In this document: positions 1 to 13,091 of the stretch, piece by piece | How positions within the stretch are numbered: position 1 is the stretch's first letter | How the letters are laid out: the number at the start of each line of letters is the position of its first letter | Origin: Eledone cirrhosa | Taxonomy: Eukaryota | DNA: 64,000 nucleotides | Reading direction: 5' to 3' | NCBI GenBank assembly: GCA_964016885.1 | Contig: CAXHJY010001125.1 | Location: 186,001 to 250,000 of the forward strand | Notes under the pieces: generated by a model | Databases searched by the model: none | What the model saw: only the letters and a program-made list of their open reading frames with translations | What the model was told of the DNA's origin: nothing | Program-made: the position numbers and the translations under genes

Positions 1-13
1 TTAGAGAAAGAGA

Positions 14-14
<1 letters not shown>

Positions 15-65
<51 letters not shown>

Positions 66-87
66 AGACATATTGTTAGAGAAAGAG

Positions 88-129
<42 letters not shown>

Positions 130-223
130 ACTGTATGAATGTATGTATGTATGTATGTATGTATGTATGTGTGTCTCTGTGTGTGTATATATATATATAT
201 AGGTGTGTCTCTGTGTGTGTATA

Positions 224-276
<53 letters not shown>

Positions 277-309
277 GTGTGTGTGTGTGTGAGAGAGAGA
301 AAAAACATG

Positions 310-401
<92 letters not shown>
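15..401. repeat. (TA)n/(TG)n microsatellites
   Basis: direct inspection. Confidence 0.95.
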
Positions 402-405
<4 letters not shown>

Positions 406-468
406 TCTCAGAATATATTTCTAGTTGGGATATTTTATTTACCTTTATCCCACATACACACACATATA

Positions 469-925
469 CACTACCACTACTACCACTACCACTACCACCA
501 CAGCCACCACTACCACCACAGCCACCACTACCACCACCACAGCCGCCACCACCACCACAGCCACCACTACCACCACCACAGCCACCACCGCCACCGCAGC
601 CACCACCACCACCACTACCACAGCCACCACAGCCACCACAGCCACCACCACCACCACCACCACCACCACCACCACAGCCACCACCACCACCACCACCACT
701 ACCACAGCCACCACTACCACCACCACTACCGCCACCACCACCACAGCCACCACCACCACCACCACAGCCACCACCACCACCACCACCACCACCACCGCCA
801 CCACCACCACCGCCACCACAGCCACCACCACCACCACAGCCACCACCACCACCGCCACCGCCACCACAGCCACCACCACCACCGCCACCGCCACCACAGC
901 CACCACCACCACCACCACCACCACA
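469..925. repeat. (CCA)n trinucleotide tract with CTA/CAG/CCG variants
   Basis: direct inspection; source of the poly-P/H/T/V/W ORFs. Confidence 0.95.
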
Positions 926-1279
926 AACAATAACAAGTGGACTATAAATACAACTGGAATTGGTTTTTGTTATTCAATAATCTTAACTGTAATAGAGTTA
1001 CTGACATCCTACATTGTAGTAAGGTGGGTGGGGGGGGGGGGGGTTAGTGGCAGTGGTGTGTTGGTTAACTGGTTGGTTGGTGGCACCACCCTAGGCTAGG
1101 GGGTCCCACCATCCGTAAGCCGTCCCACCCTTTCTGTCCCCTTTAAACACCCCCCACCCACATTCCTAGCAATATTGTGATAATAGACCTACCGCAGCTT
1201 ATCCCTAATATCTAATACAGCAAGTGGACAACAATGGGGTCAATGGGTCATTTTAAAACATTTCTAACATTCCCCTACC

Positions 1280-1470
1280 CCCCAAAATTGTTGGCCTTGT
1301 GCCTAAAGCAGAAACCATAGTTAGATACTATCTATCGGTCACAACTCCAGGTAGAAGGAGCAACATGAAAATAAAATATCTTGCTCAAGGACATAATACA
1401 TCAGCCGGTCCAGGAATCGAACTCACAACCTCATGATTGCGAATCCAATTCTCAAACTATTCAGCCATGA
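1280..1470 (-). mobile_element. tRNA-derived SINE fragment(s)
   Basis: reverse complement of GTTCGATTCC B-box (ggaatcgaac); homologous to 56870-57085 and 63203-63405. Confidence 0.7.
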
Positions 1471-1575
1471 CCCCCTCTGGCTAAATCTATCACCCCAGGG
1501 GTGAATTATGTGAAGTTGAGGTTTTGTTAACATAAAATACTTATATATTAACAGACACCCAAACCTTTTTTAATA

Positions 1576-3992
1576 TATATTCTCTGCTGAAATGTCCAAG
1601 GAGTGGAGACCCTATATATTCTCTGCTGAAATGTTGAAGGACTGGAGATCCTATATATTCTCTGCTGAAATGTCCAAGGAGTGGGGACCCCATATATTCT
1701 CTGCTGAAATGTCCAAGGAGTGAGGACCCTATATATTCTCTGCTGAAATGTCCAAGGACTGGAGACCCCATATATTCTCTGCTGAAATGTCCAAGAACTG
1801 GAGACCCTATATATTCTCTGCTGAAATGTCCAAGGAGTGAGGACCCCATATATTCTCTGCTGAAATGTCCAAGGACTGGAGACCCCATATATTCTCTGCT
1901 GAAATGTCCAAGGACTGGAGACCCCATATATTCTCTGCTGAAATGTCCAAGAACTGGAGACCCTATATATTCTCTGCTGAAATGTCCAAGGACTGGAGAC
2001 CCTATATATTCTCTGCTGAAATGTCCAAGGACTGGAGATCCCATATATTCTCTGCTGAAATGTCCAAGGACTGGAGACCCTATATATTCTCTGCTGAAAT
2101 GTCCAAGGAGTGGAGACCCCATATATTCTCTGCTGAAATGTCCAAGGAGTGGAGACCCTATATATTCTCTGCTGAAATGTCCAAGGACTGGAGACCCTAT
2201 ATATTCTCTGCTGAAATGTCCAAGGAGTGGAGACCCTATATATTCTCTGCTGAAATGTCCAAGGAGTGGAGACCCTATATATTCTCTGCTGAAATGTCCA
2301 AGAACTGGAGACCCTATATATTCTCTGCTGAAATGTCCAAGGAGTGGAGACCCTATATATTCTCTGCTGAAATGTCCAAGGACTGGAGACCCTATATATT
2401 CTCTGCTGAAATGTCCAAGGAGTGGAGACCCCATATATTCTCTGCTGAAATGTCCAAGGAGTGGAGACCCTATATATTCTCTGCTGAAATGTCCAAGGAG
2501 TGGGGACCCTATATATTCTCTGCTGAAATGTCCAAGGAGTGGGGACCCTATATATTCTCTGCTGAAATGTCCAAGGACTGGAGACCCTATATATTCTCTG
2601 CTGAAATGTCCAAGGAGTGAGGACCCTATATATTCTCTGCTGAAATGTCCAAGGACTGGAGACCCTATATATTCTCTGCTGAAATGTCCAAGGACTGGAG
2701 ACCCTATATATTCTCTGCTGAAATGTCCAAGAACTGGAGACCCTATATATTCTCTGCTGAAATGTCCAAGGAGTGGGGACCCTATATATTCTCTGCTGAA
2801 ATGTCCAAGGACTGGAGACCCTATATATTCTCTGCTGAAATGTCCAAGGAGTGAGGACCCTATATATTCTCTGCTGAAATGTCCAAGGACTGGAGACCCT
2901 ATATATTCTCTGCTGAAATGTCCAAGGACTGGAGACCCTATATATTCTCTGCTGAAATGTCCAAGGACTGGAGACCCTATATATTCTCTGCTGAAATGTC
3001 CAAGGAGTGGGGACCCTATATATTCTCTGCTGAAATGTCCAAGGACTGGAGACCCTATATATTCTCTGCTGAAATGTCCAAGGACTGGAGACCCTATATA
3101 TTCTCTGCTGAAATGTCCAAGGAGTGGAGACCCTATATATTCTCTGCTGAAATGTCCAAGGAGTGGGGACCCTATATATTCTCTGCTGAAATGTCCAAGG
3201 AGTGGGGACCCTATATATTCTCTGCTGAAATGTCCAAGGACTGGAGACCCTATATATTCTCTGCTGAAATGTCCAAGGACTGGAGACCCTATATATTCTC
3301 TGCTGAAATGTCCAAGGAGTGGGGACCCTATATATTCTCTGCTGAAATGTCCAAGGACTGGAGACCCTATATATTCTCCGCTGAAATGTCCAAGGACTGG
3401 AGACCCTATATATTCTCTGCTGAAATGTCCAAGGACTGGAGACCCTATATATTCTCCGCTGAAATGTCCAAGGACTGGAGACCCTATATATTCTCTGCTG
3501 AAATGTCCAAGGAGTGGGGACCCTATATATTCTCTGCTGAAATGTCCAAGGACTGGAGACCCTATATATTCTCTGCTGAAATGTCCAAGGACTGGAGACC
3601 CTATATATTCTCTGCTGAAATGTCCAAGGACTGGAGACCCTATATATTCTCTGCTGAAATGTCCAAGGACTGGAGACCCCATATATTCTCTGCTGAAATG
3701 TCCAAGGAGTGAGGACCCTATATATTCTCTGCTGAAATGTCCAAGGACTGGAGACCCTATATATTCTCTGCTGAAATGTCCAAGGACTGGAGACCCCATA
3801 TATTCTCTGCTGAAATGTCCAAGAACTGGAGACCCTATATATTCTCTGCTGAAATGTCCAAGGAGTGAGGACCCCATATATTCTCTGCTGAAATGTCCAA
3901 GGAGTGGAGACCCCATATATTCTCTGCTGAAATGTCCAAGGAGTGGAGACCCTATATATTCTCTGCTGAAATGTCCAAGGAGGGGGGACCCT
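1576..3992. repeat. 39-bp minisatellite, about 62 copies
   Basis: unit atatattctctgctgaaatgtccaaggactggagaccct. Confidence 0.98.
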
Positions 3993-4154
3993 ACATACTA
4001 TCAAATACAGTAGTAATATGTGTTTTTCTTTTATTTCAATATGGTTAGGGTTAGGGTGTGATTAGAGAGAGATTTGGTTGCTATATCTAACAGGGTTAGT
4101 GACCACGCCTCAGTCAGTCCAAGGAAACTATTCTAGTCTAGTACAATACTTACT

Positions 4155-4778
4155 CCTACACCAACAGACTTTTCTCACACAAACACAATCTCTACTCCCA
4201 CACACACACACACACATACATATCTCTCTACTTCCACACTCTCACACACACACACACACACACATATATCTACTTCCACACTCTCTCTCACACACACACA
4301 CACACACACAATCTCTACTTCCACACCAACACACTTTTCTCACGCACACAAAATCTCAACCCCCCACTTTCTCTCACTCACACACACACACACCTCTACT
4401 CCCCACTTTCTCTCTCTCTCTCACACACACATATAATCTACTCACACACCAACACACACATATAATCTACTCACACACACATATAATCTACTCACACACC
4501 AACACACATATAATCTACTCACACACCAACACACACATATAATCTACTCACACACCAACACACATATAATCTACTCACACACCAACACACACATATAATC
4601 TACTCACACACCAACATACACTTTCTCTCACACTTTTCTAATTGCATTTAACCTATCCCCCAAACACACACACACACTCATAAACACACACTCCACTCCT
4701 CCCACACCCGGATCTTCTCTTTCATATCCAGGTTATTGCAATCTTTCATCCACCTGCTCACCACACACACACATATAA

Positions 4779-4817
<39 letters not shown>

Positions 4818-5087
4818 AACACACACACACACACATCTTCATATACACATATATACATACACACATACTGCAATCTTTCATCCACCTGCTCACACCACAC
4901 ACATACATACATACACACATAAACATACACACAAACACACACACACACACACATCTTCATATACACATATATACAAACACACACACACATTTTCATATAC
5001 ACATATACATACACATATATACACACCCACACATCTTCATATACACATATCTTCATATACACATATACACACACACACATATATACG

Positions 5088-5123
<36 letters not shown>

Positions 5124-5215
5124 AACTGTTTTATGAAGCCCCACACACACACACACATGAAATACACAAAACAAGTGCCCCTCACACATACACACAGGTG
5201 TATATATACAGTGTA
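4155..5215. repeat. CA-rich compound microsatellite with a short ~25-bp sub-array
   Basis: direct inspection. Confidence 0.9.
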
Positions 5216-5354
5216 TATAGTGTGTATAGGTGCCCCGCCCCATTCTACATACATTTACACAGCACCATGTTGGATACATGTTGCAGAGGTCCAGTCACAT
5301 GTTGGAGTTTGACATCAGATTTTCATGGAAAAAAGGTGTAACATTAGTTTATAG

Positions 5355-5394
<40 letters not shown>

Positions 5395-5446
5395 ACACAC
5401 ACACACACATTCACACACACACACACACACACACACATTCATACAT

Positions 5447-5478
<32 letters not shown>

Positions 5479-5524
5479 GTGTAGACACTAACATAATTAT
5501 ATTATCTGACACAATTAGTTAGCA

Positions 5525-5837
5525 AGTAGTAGTAGTAGTAGTGGTAGTAGTAGTAGTAGTAGTAGTAGAGGTGGTGGTGGTGGTAGTGGTGGTGGTGGTG
5601 GTAGTAATAGTAGTTGTAGTAGTGGTAATAGTAGTAGTAGTAGTAGTAGTAATAGTAGTAGTAGTGATAGTAGTAGTAGTAGTAGTTGTAGTGGTAGTAG
5701 TGGTAATAGTGGTGGTAGTAGTAGTAGTGGTGGTAGTAGTAGTAGTAGTGGTGGTGGTGGTAGTAGTAATAGTAGTAGTAGTAGTGGTAATAGTGGTGGT
5801 AGTAATAGTAGTGGTGATAGTAGTAGTAGTAGTGGTG

Positions 5838-5873
<36 letters not shown>

Positions 5874-5961
5874 ATAGTGGTAGTAGTGGTAGTAGTAGTA
5901 GTGGTAATAGTGGTGGTAGTAATAGTAGTGGTAGTGGTAGTAGTAGTAATAGTGGTAGTAT
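5525..5961. repeat. (GTA/GTG)n trinucleotide tract
   Basis: direct inspection. Confidence 0.95.
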
Positions 5962-6116
5962 TAGTTTGTATGTTGTGTTATGGCCAGCCCCAGCTCCCCC
6001 TCTCACCTCCCTCTCACCTCCCCCTCTCACTCCCTCTCACCTCCCCCTCTCTCTAGTCTACACTCACAAGTCTGGTCTGTGAAACCTAACCATATATGTT
6101 TATGTTTCAGCAGCAG

Positions 6117-6117
<1 letters not shown>

Positions 6118-6156
<39 letters not shown>

Positions 6157-6269
6157 ACATGTGTGTGTGTGTATGTGTGTGTGTGTATGTATATATGTGT
6201 ACATGTGTGTGTGTGTATATATATGTGTACATGTGTGTGTATGTATATATAAGTGTACATTGTGTGTGA

Positions 6270-6330
<61 letters not shown>

Positions 6331-6850
6331 AATATGTGTACATGTGTGTGTGTGTGTGTGTGTGTATGAGAGTGTACATGTGTATGTATGAGAGAGTATA
6401 CATATGTAAGTGTGTGTGAGTATGTGTGTATGTATGAAAGTGTGTACAAATGTGTATGTGTCTGAGAGAGGGGGGGGGGGTTACAGACATTCAGGGTGAA
6501 TGAATGGCTTCTTTGTAGATCAGGTGTTTGGGAGAGAGGGGGGGGGAGATAGGGAGGGAGAGGAGGAGAGAGAGGAGGAGAGAGAGAGAGAGGAGGGGAG
6601 AGAGAGAGAGAGAGGAGGGGAGAGAGAGGAGGAGAGAGGGGGAGGGGGGGGGGGGACAGGGGGAGATAATGAGAGAGGGGGAGATAATGAGAGAGGGGGA
6701 GAGAAGGGGAGAGGGGGGAGGGGAAGAGAAGAGGGGAAGAGGAGAGAGAAGGGGAGAAAGAGGTAGAGAAAGGTGAGAGAGAGGGAGAGAGAGAGAGAGA
6801 AGGGGAGAAAGAGGTAGAGAAAGGTGAGAGAGAGGGGGGAGAGAGAGAGC

Positions 6851-6884
<34 letters not shown>

Positions 6885-6944
6885 GAGGGAGAGAGAGAGG
6901 GAGAGAGAGAGAGAGAGGGAGAGAGAGAGAGGGAGAGAGAGAGA

Positions 6945-7006
<62 letters not shown>
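6118..7006. repeat. (TG)n tract followed by a GA-rich polypurine tract
   Basis: direct inspection. Confidence 0.92.
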
Positions 7007-7010
<4 letters not shown>

Positions 7011-7305
7011 CATGATAGGAGGTTGTACTGTAAGAAGTACAGGGTATTAGGGAGTTGCAGTTGTTGTTCTGAGGTGAAACTGAGAGCTTGCTGGGTAAGG
7101 TTGACTATTGGCAGAGGTTTAGGGGTGGTGGTAGACCCTTCAAACAGGCTGATGGCAGGGGTAGGTAGAAAGATTTTTGTTGGTAGGGCCGGGGAGATGA
7201 TTCTGGGAGGTAAAAACATTGCATCTATGTTTGTTTGCATGTGGGTGTATATTCCATCCAGTGATAAACAAACACACACTCACATATATAGTTTTAATAT
7301 AGATG

Positions 7306-7356
7306 AGATTATACAGGACTAGAACTGTTTCATTCTTTAGAAATCATCAGGAATCC
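7306..7356 (-). ncRNA. Type I hammerhead ribozyme motif (Penelope-type) inside a palindrome
   Basis: minus strand: ggattc-CTGATGA-tttctaaagaat-GAA-ACAG-ttctagtc-CTGT-A-taatct; stem III ACAG/CTGT; stem I has one mismatch next to the core. Confidence 0.7.
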
Positions 7357-7476
7357 TTTCTAAAGAATGAAACAGTTCTAGTCCTGTAGAATCTCATTTA
7401 TATTAAAACTTTTATACTCTGCTATGTATTGAGTACCTTACTTACTGTGGTTACCTCCGATTCAACCCGGAATAAC

Positions 7477-7508
<32 letters not shown>

Positions 7509-7555
7509 AGAGGGTAAAACGAAAAATCAGTGATGCATCGGAACTCAATTTATTG

Positions 7556-7646
7556 CATGTTACAATTGTTTCCCTGGCAAACAGCTCGAGGTGCGATCCG
7601 TGTGTGGATCGAACCTGACTCTGGACTCGCAGGTTCCTCGGACACG
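7556..7646 (-). ncRNA. Hammerhead-like motif with a long stem II insert and a CCGAGGA core variant
   Basis: cgtgt-CCGAGGA-a-cctg..cagg-GAA-ACAATTGT-A-acatg, then cAATAAA. Confidence 0.6.
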
Positions 7647-7712
7647 TCTATTGATTTTGGAGCATATCCTCTTATATATATACATATGCATGTGTGTGTG
7701 TGTGTGTGTGTG

Positions 7713-7762
<50 letters not shown>

Positions 7763-8308
7763 GGCGCATGGCTTAGTGGTTAGAGAATTGGGCTTGCAAT
7801 CTAAGCTGTAGAAATGAGATGATAGGACTGGGGTCTCTATCATTCCACTGTAAAGTGGTCGTGGAGGTGCCATGGCAAAAAAGCACCCAGCACTCACTGT
7901 AAAGTGGACATGTAGGCGCCACGGAAAAAAAAAAAAAGCATCCAGCACTCACTGTAAATGAGGTTGGTGTTGGGAAGGGCATCCTGTTGTAGAAATCAAG
8001 CCAGAATCAGTTCCCGTATGAGCAAGACAAGGACAGCCGACCGGACACTGCCTACAACAGGTCAGCTGTCGGGGTCCAGAATTTTTTCATATTACCCACT
8101 CTACTACCCCAAGTATTGAGTACTCTGATGCTTTATGGTCTAACTGGTTTTTACCACCTCCAATCTGATATATATATGATATATGAATATAAGCAGTGAA
8201 GTATATCTCTAATGACTTGATTTTTTATTTCATTGTTTTAACTTATATTTTATATATGAATATATATACATATATACATTAATTAATTAATATAATTATG
8301 TTGTTTAT

Positions 8309-8368
<60 letters not shown>

Positions 8369-8449
8369 AGCACTCGCACACACAAACAGGTGTGAAAGCG
8401 TGTGTAAGACTGAATACATGTGAGTAGTTATGTGGAAGTGGAAGAATAG

Positions 8450-9437
8450 GAGAGAGAGTGTGTGAGTGTGTGTGTGTGAGAGTGTGCGAGTGTGAGAGAG
8501 TGTGTGTGAGTGTGTGTGTGAGAGAGTGTGTGTGAGAGAGTGTGTGTGTTTGAGAGTGTGTGTGTTTGAGAGTGTGTGAGTGTGAGAGAGTGTGTGAGTG
8601 TGAGAGAGTGTGTGTGAGAGAGTGTGTGTGAGAGAGTGTGTGTGTGAGAGAGTGTGTGTGAGAGAGTGTGTGTGTTTGAGAGTGTGTGACTGTGTGAGAG
8701 TGTATGAGAGTGTGTGAGAGAGTGTGAGAGTGAGTGAGAGAGTATGAGAGAGTGAATGAGAGAGTATGAGAGAGAGTGTGAGTGAGAGTGTGTGAGAGTG
8801 TGTGAGAGAGTGAGTAAGAGAGAGAGTGAGTGAGAGAGTGAGTGAGTGAGTGAGTGAGTGAGAGTGAGAGAGTGAGTGAGAGAGTGAGTGAGAGAGTGAG
8901 TGAGTGAGAGAGTGTGTGAGAGTGAGTGAGAGAGTGTGAGAGTGAGTGAGAGAGTGTGTGAGTGAGTGAGAGAGTGTGAGAGTGTGTGAGAGTGAGTAAG
9001 AGAGTGTGTGAGAGAGTGTGAGAGTGAGTGAGAGAGTATGAGAGAGTGAGTGAGAGTGTGAGAGAGTGTGTGAGTGAAACTGCATTTGTGACTCAATAGT
9101 TGTTAGTGGACATTTAAGTGGTTGTGTTAGTGTGTGTGGTGTGGTGTGTGGTGTGTGGTGGTGTGTGGTGTGTGGTGTGGTGTGTGGTGTGTGGTGTGTG
9201 GTGTGGTGTGTGGTGTGTGGTGTGTGGTGTGGTGTGGTGTTGTGTGGTGTGGTGTGTGGTGTGTGGGTGTGTGTGGGTGTGGTGTGTGGTGTGTCAGTGT
9301 ATGTGTGAATGGGTGTGTCTGTGTGGGTGTGGGTGTATCTGAATGGGTGTATGTATGTGTCTGTGTGTGGGGGGGGAGAACGCCAGTGTGTAGTGGGAGT
9401 GGATGTCAGGGAGATGTGTGTGGGGAGGGTGTACATG

Positions 9438-9490
<53 letters not shown>
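8450..9490. repeat. (TG/AG) and (GTGTG) compound microsatellite
   Basis: direct inspection. Confidence 0.92.
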
Positions 9491-9492
<2 letters not shown>

Positions 9493-9499
9493 AATAATA

Positions 9500-9705
9500 A
9501 TGGTTTCTTATATAGGCACAAGGCCAGCTATTTTGGGGGAGGGGGAAGTCAATTAAATCGACCCCAGTGTGTGACTGGTACTTTATTTTATCGACCCTGT
9601 AAGAGTGAAAGGCAAAGTTAACCTCGGCAGGATTTGAACTCAGATCATAAAGGGCCATAACTCTATGCCGCAAAGCATGGCGTCCGACGCTCTACTGATT
9701 CTGCA
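9500..9705 (-). mobile_element. tRNA-derived SINE (related copies at about 16195-16415, 19455-19600(+), 36295-36480, 49985-50180, 58645-58825)
   Basis: shared ggcacaaggccagc...ttattttatcgacccc...aaaggcaaagttaacctcggc...gatttgaactcag (B-box GTTCAAATC on the minus strand). Confidence 0.8.
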
Positions 9706-10019
9706 CATTATACAATATAATATTTATACTACTTATATAGAGGTAAGTATTTTTAATACATAAATACACACACTTAAAGTCTGTCTGAAGTCCAGAGCCT
9801 CCTCAGGCCGGTAGTTACCCAGGTTTCTGTGGTGTTAAGTGAGAGATGGCACAAAGAAGGGCATCTGCAATAATCACTGCTTCAAAGACTCCGTAGAAAG
9901 CTTGAAACTTTTCAGAGAGATTACATAGAGCTAAATATTTGACCTTGAAACCCTTGCTACTGTAAATATTGCACCTTGTACAGGTTATGGCAATATTTTT
10001 TAAATGGTGTCACCTCAAA

Positions 10020-12670
10020 AAAGCGCCCAGTCCACACTGTAAGTGGTCATGTAGGTGTCACAACAAAAAGTACCCAGTCCACACTGTAAGTTGGTCAAGT
10101 AGGTGACATGACAAAAAGCACCCAGTCCCCCTGTAAAGTGGTCATGTAGGTGACATGACAAAAAGCACCCAGTCCCCCTGTAAAGTGGTCATGTAGGTGA
10201 CATGACAAAAAGCACCCAGTCCACACTGTAAAGTGGTCATGTAGGTGTCACGACAAAAAGTACCCAGTCCACCCTGTAAAGTGGTCATGTAGGTGTCACG
10301 GCAAAAAGTGCCCAGTCCCCCTGTAAAGTGGTCATGTAGGTGTCACGATAAAAAGCACCCAGTCCACACTGTAAAGTGGTCATGTAGGTGTCACAACAAA
10401 AAGTGCCCAGTCCACACTGTAAAGTGGTCATGTAGGTGTCACAACAAAAAGTGCCCAATCCACACTGTAAAGTGGTCATGTAGGTGTCACAACAAAAAGT
10501 GTCCAGTCCCCCTGTAAAGTGGTCATGTAGGTGTCACAACAAAAAGTGCCCAGTCCACACTGTAAAGTGGTCATGTAGGTGTCACAACAAAAAGTGCCCA
10601 GTCCCCCTGTAAAGTGGTCATGTAGGTGTCACAACAAAAAGTGCCCAGTCCACACTGTAAAGTGGTCATGTAGGTGTCACAACAAAAAGTGCCCAGTCCA
10701 CACTGTAAAGTGGTCATGTAGGTGTCATGATAAAAAGCACCCAGTCCACACTGTAAAGTGGTCATGTAGGTGTCATGATAAAAAGCACCCAGTCCACACT
10801 GTAAAGTGGTCATGTAGGTGTCACGATAAAAAGTACCCAGTCCACACTGTAAAGTGGTCGTGTAGGTGTTGTGATAACAAGCACCCAGTCCACACTGTAA
10901 AGTGGTCATGTATGTGTCATGATAACAAGCACCCAGTCCACACTGTAAAGTGGTCATGTATGTGTCATGATAAAAAGCACCCAGTCCACACTGTAAAGTG
11001 GTCATGTAGGTGTCACAACAAAAAGTACCCAGTCCACACTGTAAAGTGGTCATGGAGGTGTCACAACAAAAAGTACCCAGTCCACACTGTAAAGTGGTCA
11101 TGGAGGTGTCACAACAAAAAGTACCCAGTCCACACTGTAAAGTGGTCATGGAGGTGTCACAACAAAAAGTACCCAGTCCACACTGTAAAGTGGTCATGGA
11201 GGTGTCACAACAAAAAGTACCCAATCCACACTGTAAAGTGGTCATGTAGGTGTCACAACAAAAAGTACCCAGTCCACACTGTAAAGTGGTCATGGAGGTG
11301 TCACAACAAAAAGTACCCAGTCCACACTGTAAAGTGGTCATGGAGGTGTCACAACAAAAAGTACCCAGTCCACACTGTAAAGTGGTCATGGAGGTGTCAC
11401 AACAAAAAGTACCCAGTCCACACTGTAAAGTGGTCATGGAGGTGTCACAACAAAAAGTACCCAGTCCACACTGTAAAGTGGTCATGGAGGTGTCACAACA
11501 AAAAGTACCCAGTCCACACTGTAAAGTGGTCATGGAGGTGTCACAACAAAAAGTACCCAGTCCACACTGTAAAGTGGTCATGTAGGTGTCATGATAAAAA
11601 GCACCCAGTCCACACTGTAAAGTGGTCATGTAGGTGTCACAACAAAAAGTACCCAGTCCACACTGTAAAGTGGTCATGTAGGTGTCATGATAAAAAGCAC
11701 CCAGTCCACACTGTAAAGTGGTCATGGAGGTGTCACAACAAAAAGTACCCAGTCCACACTGTAAAGTGGTCATGTATGTGTCATGATAAAAAGCACCCAG
11801 TCCACACTGTAAAGTGGTCATGTAGGTGTCACAACAAAAAGTACCCAGTCCACACTGTAAAGTGGTCATGGAGGTGTCACGATAAAAAGCACCCAGTCCA
11901 CACTGTAAAGTGGTCAAGTAGGTGACATGACAAAAAGTACCCAGTCCACACTGTAAAGTGGTCATGTATGTGTCATGATAACAAGCACCCAGTCCACACT
12001 GTAAAGTGGTCAAGTAGGTGACATGACAAAAAGTACCCAGTCCACACTGTAAAGTGGTCATGTAGGTGTCACGATAAAAAGCACCCAGTCCACACTGTAA
12101 AGTGGTCATGTAGGTGTCACACCAAAAAGTACCCAGTCCACACTGTAAAGTGGTCATGTATGTGTCATGATAACAAGCACCCAGTCCACACTGTAAAGTG
12201 GTCATGTAGGTGTCACGATAAAAAGCACCCAGTCCACACTGTAAAGTGGTCATGTAGGTGTCACAACAAAAAGTACCCAGTCCACACTGTAAAGTGGTCA
12301 TGTAGGTGTCACAACAAAAAGTACCCAGTCCACACTGTAAAGTGGTCATGTAGGTGTCACGATAAAAAGCACCCAGTCCACACTGTAAAGTGGTCATGTA
12401 GGTGTCACGATAAAAAGCACCCAGTCCACACTGTAAAGTGGTCATGTAGGTGTCACGATAAAAAGCACCCAGTCCACACTGTAAAGTGGTCATGTAGGTG
12501 TCTCAACAAAAAGTGCCCAGTCCCCCTGTAAAGTGGTCATGTAGGTGTCGTGATAACAAGCACCCAGTCCACACTGTAAAGTGGTCATGTATGTGTCATG
12601 ATAAAAAGCACCCAGTCCACACTGTAAATGTGGTTGGCATAAGGAAGGGCATCCAGCTGTAGAAACCAAA
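10020..12670. repeat. 48-bp minisatellite, about 54 copies, derived from a SINE body and running into the SINE tail
   Basis: unit cccagtccacactgtaaagtggtcatgtaggtgtcacaacaaaaagta; ends in ggaagggcatccagctgtagaaacc. Confidence 0.95.
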
Positions 12671-12837
12671 CCAGAAACGATTCAACTACTTAAGTAAAAC
12701 AGAATCCAATTACGTATAACAATTTAAAGTATCTCCCACTGGATATCTGTGACAAATAATGCCACACCCTGGGGGGTGGGTTTTAAAAAAAATAAATAAC
12801 CCCTAACTAAAAAGGACTGGGGGACAAGACACACACA

Positions 12838-12880
12838 CTGATGATTTCTCCCAAATGAAACAGTTCTAGTCCTGTAGAAG
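12838..12880 (+). ncRNA. 5'-truncated hammerhead motif, same family as 7306-7356
   Basis: CTGATGA-tttctcccaaat-GAAACAGttctagtcCTGTA; the 5' arm of stem I is replaced by (CA)n; downstream tail shared with 7390-7475. Confidence 0.6.
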
Positions 12881-12962
12881 CCTTTTCTATAATAAATATT
12901 TATACTCTGCTTTGTATTGAGTACCTTACTTACTGTGGTTACCCCCGATTGAACCCGGGAAA

Positions 12963-13005
<43 letters not shown>

Positions 13006-13040
13006 GTAATAATAATAAATGTGAAGACTAAAATCCAAAG

Positions 13041-13091
13041 AGTTTCAGAAGATCCCGTTAAGGGCGAAAGCAGCGATTTTTTGCTTAAACT
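13041..13091 (+). ncRNA. Degenerate hammerhead motif (CAGAAGA core)
   Basis: agttt-CAGAAGA-tccc-gttaa-gggc-GAA-AGCA-gcgattttt-TGCT-T-aaact; all three stems present. Confidence 0.55.

Noticed and set aside
117-1099. Pro/His/Thr-rich ORFs resembling extensin or mucin
   Set aside because: (CCA)n microsatellite flanked by (TG)/(TA) repeats.
1541-4004. 791/818-aa ORFs with a 13-aa repeat
   Set aside because: Pure 39-bp minisatellite open in several frames on both strands, with no non-repetitive domain and no splice context.
4045-4056. TTAGGG x2 telomeric motif
   Set aside because: Only two units; compatible with chance.
5263-8419. Short + strand AG...GT islands (5263-5335, 6057-6118, 6487-6523, 8390-8419) as exons of a second gene
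   Set aside because: Several donors merge into TG-rich repeats, the phases do not chain into an open frame, and no recognisable protein results.
10571-12493. 640-aa Cys-rich repeat ORF
   Set aside because: Translation of a SINE-derived 48-bp array.
12724-12768. Minus-strand 'HRYPVG' as the VPS39 last exon
   Set aside because: Lacks the AF and VHY motifs; similarity too weak.
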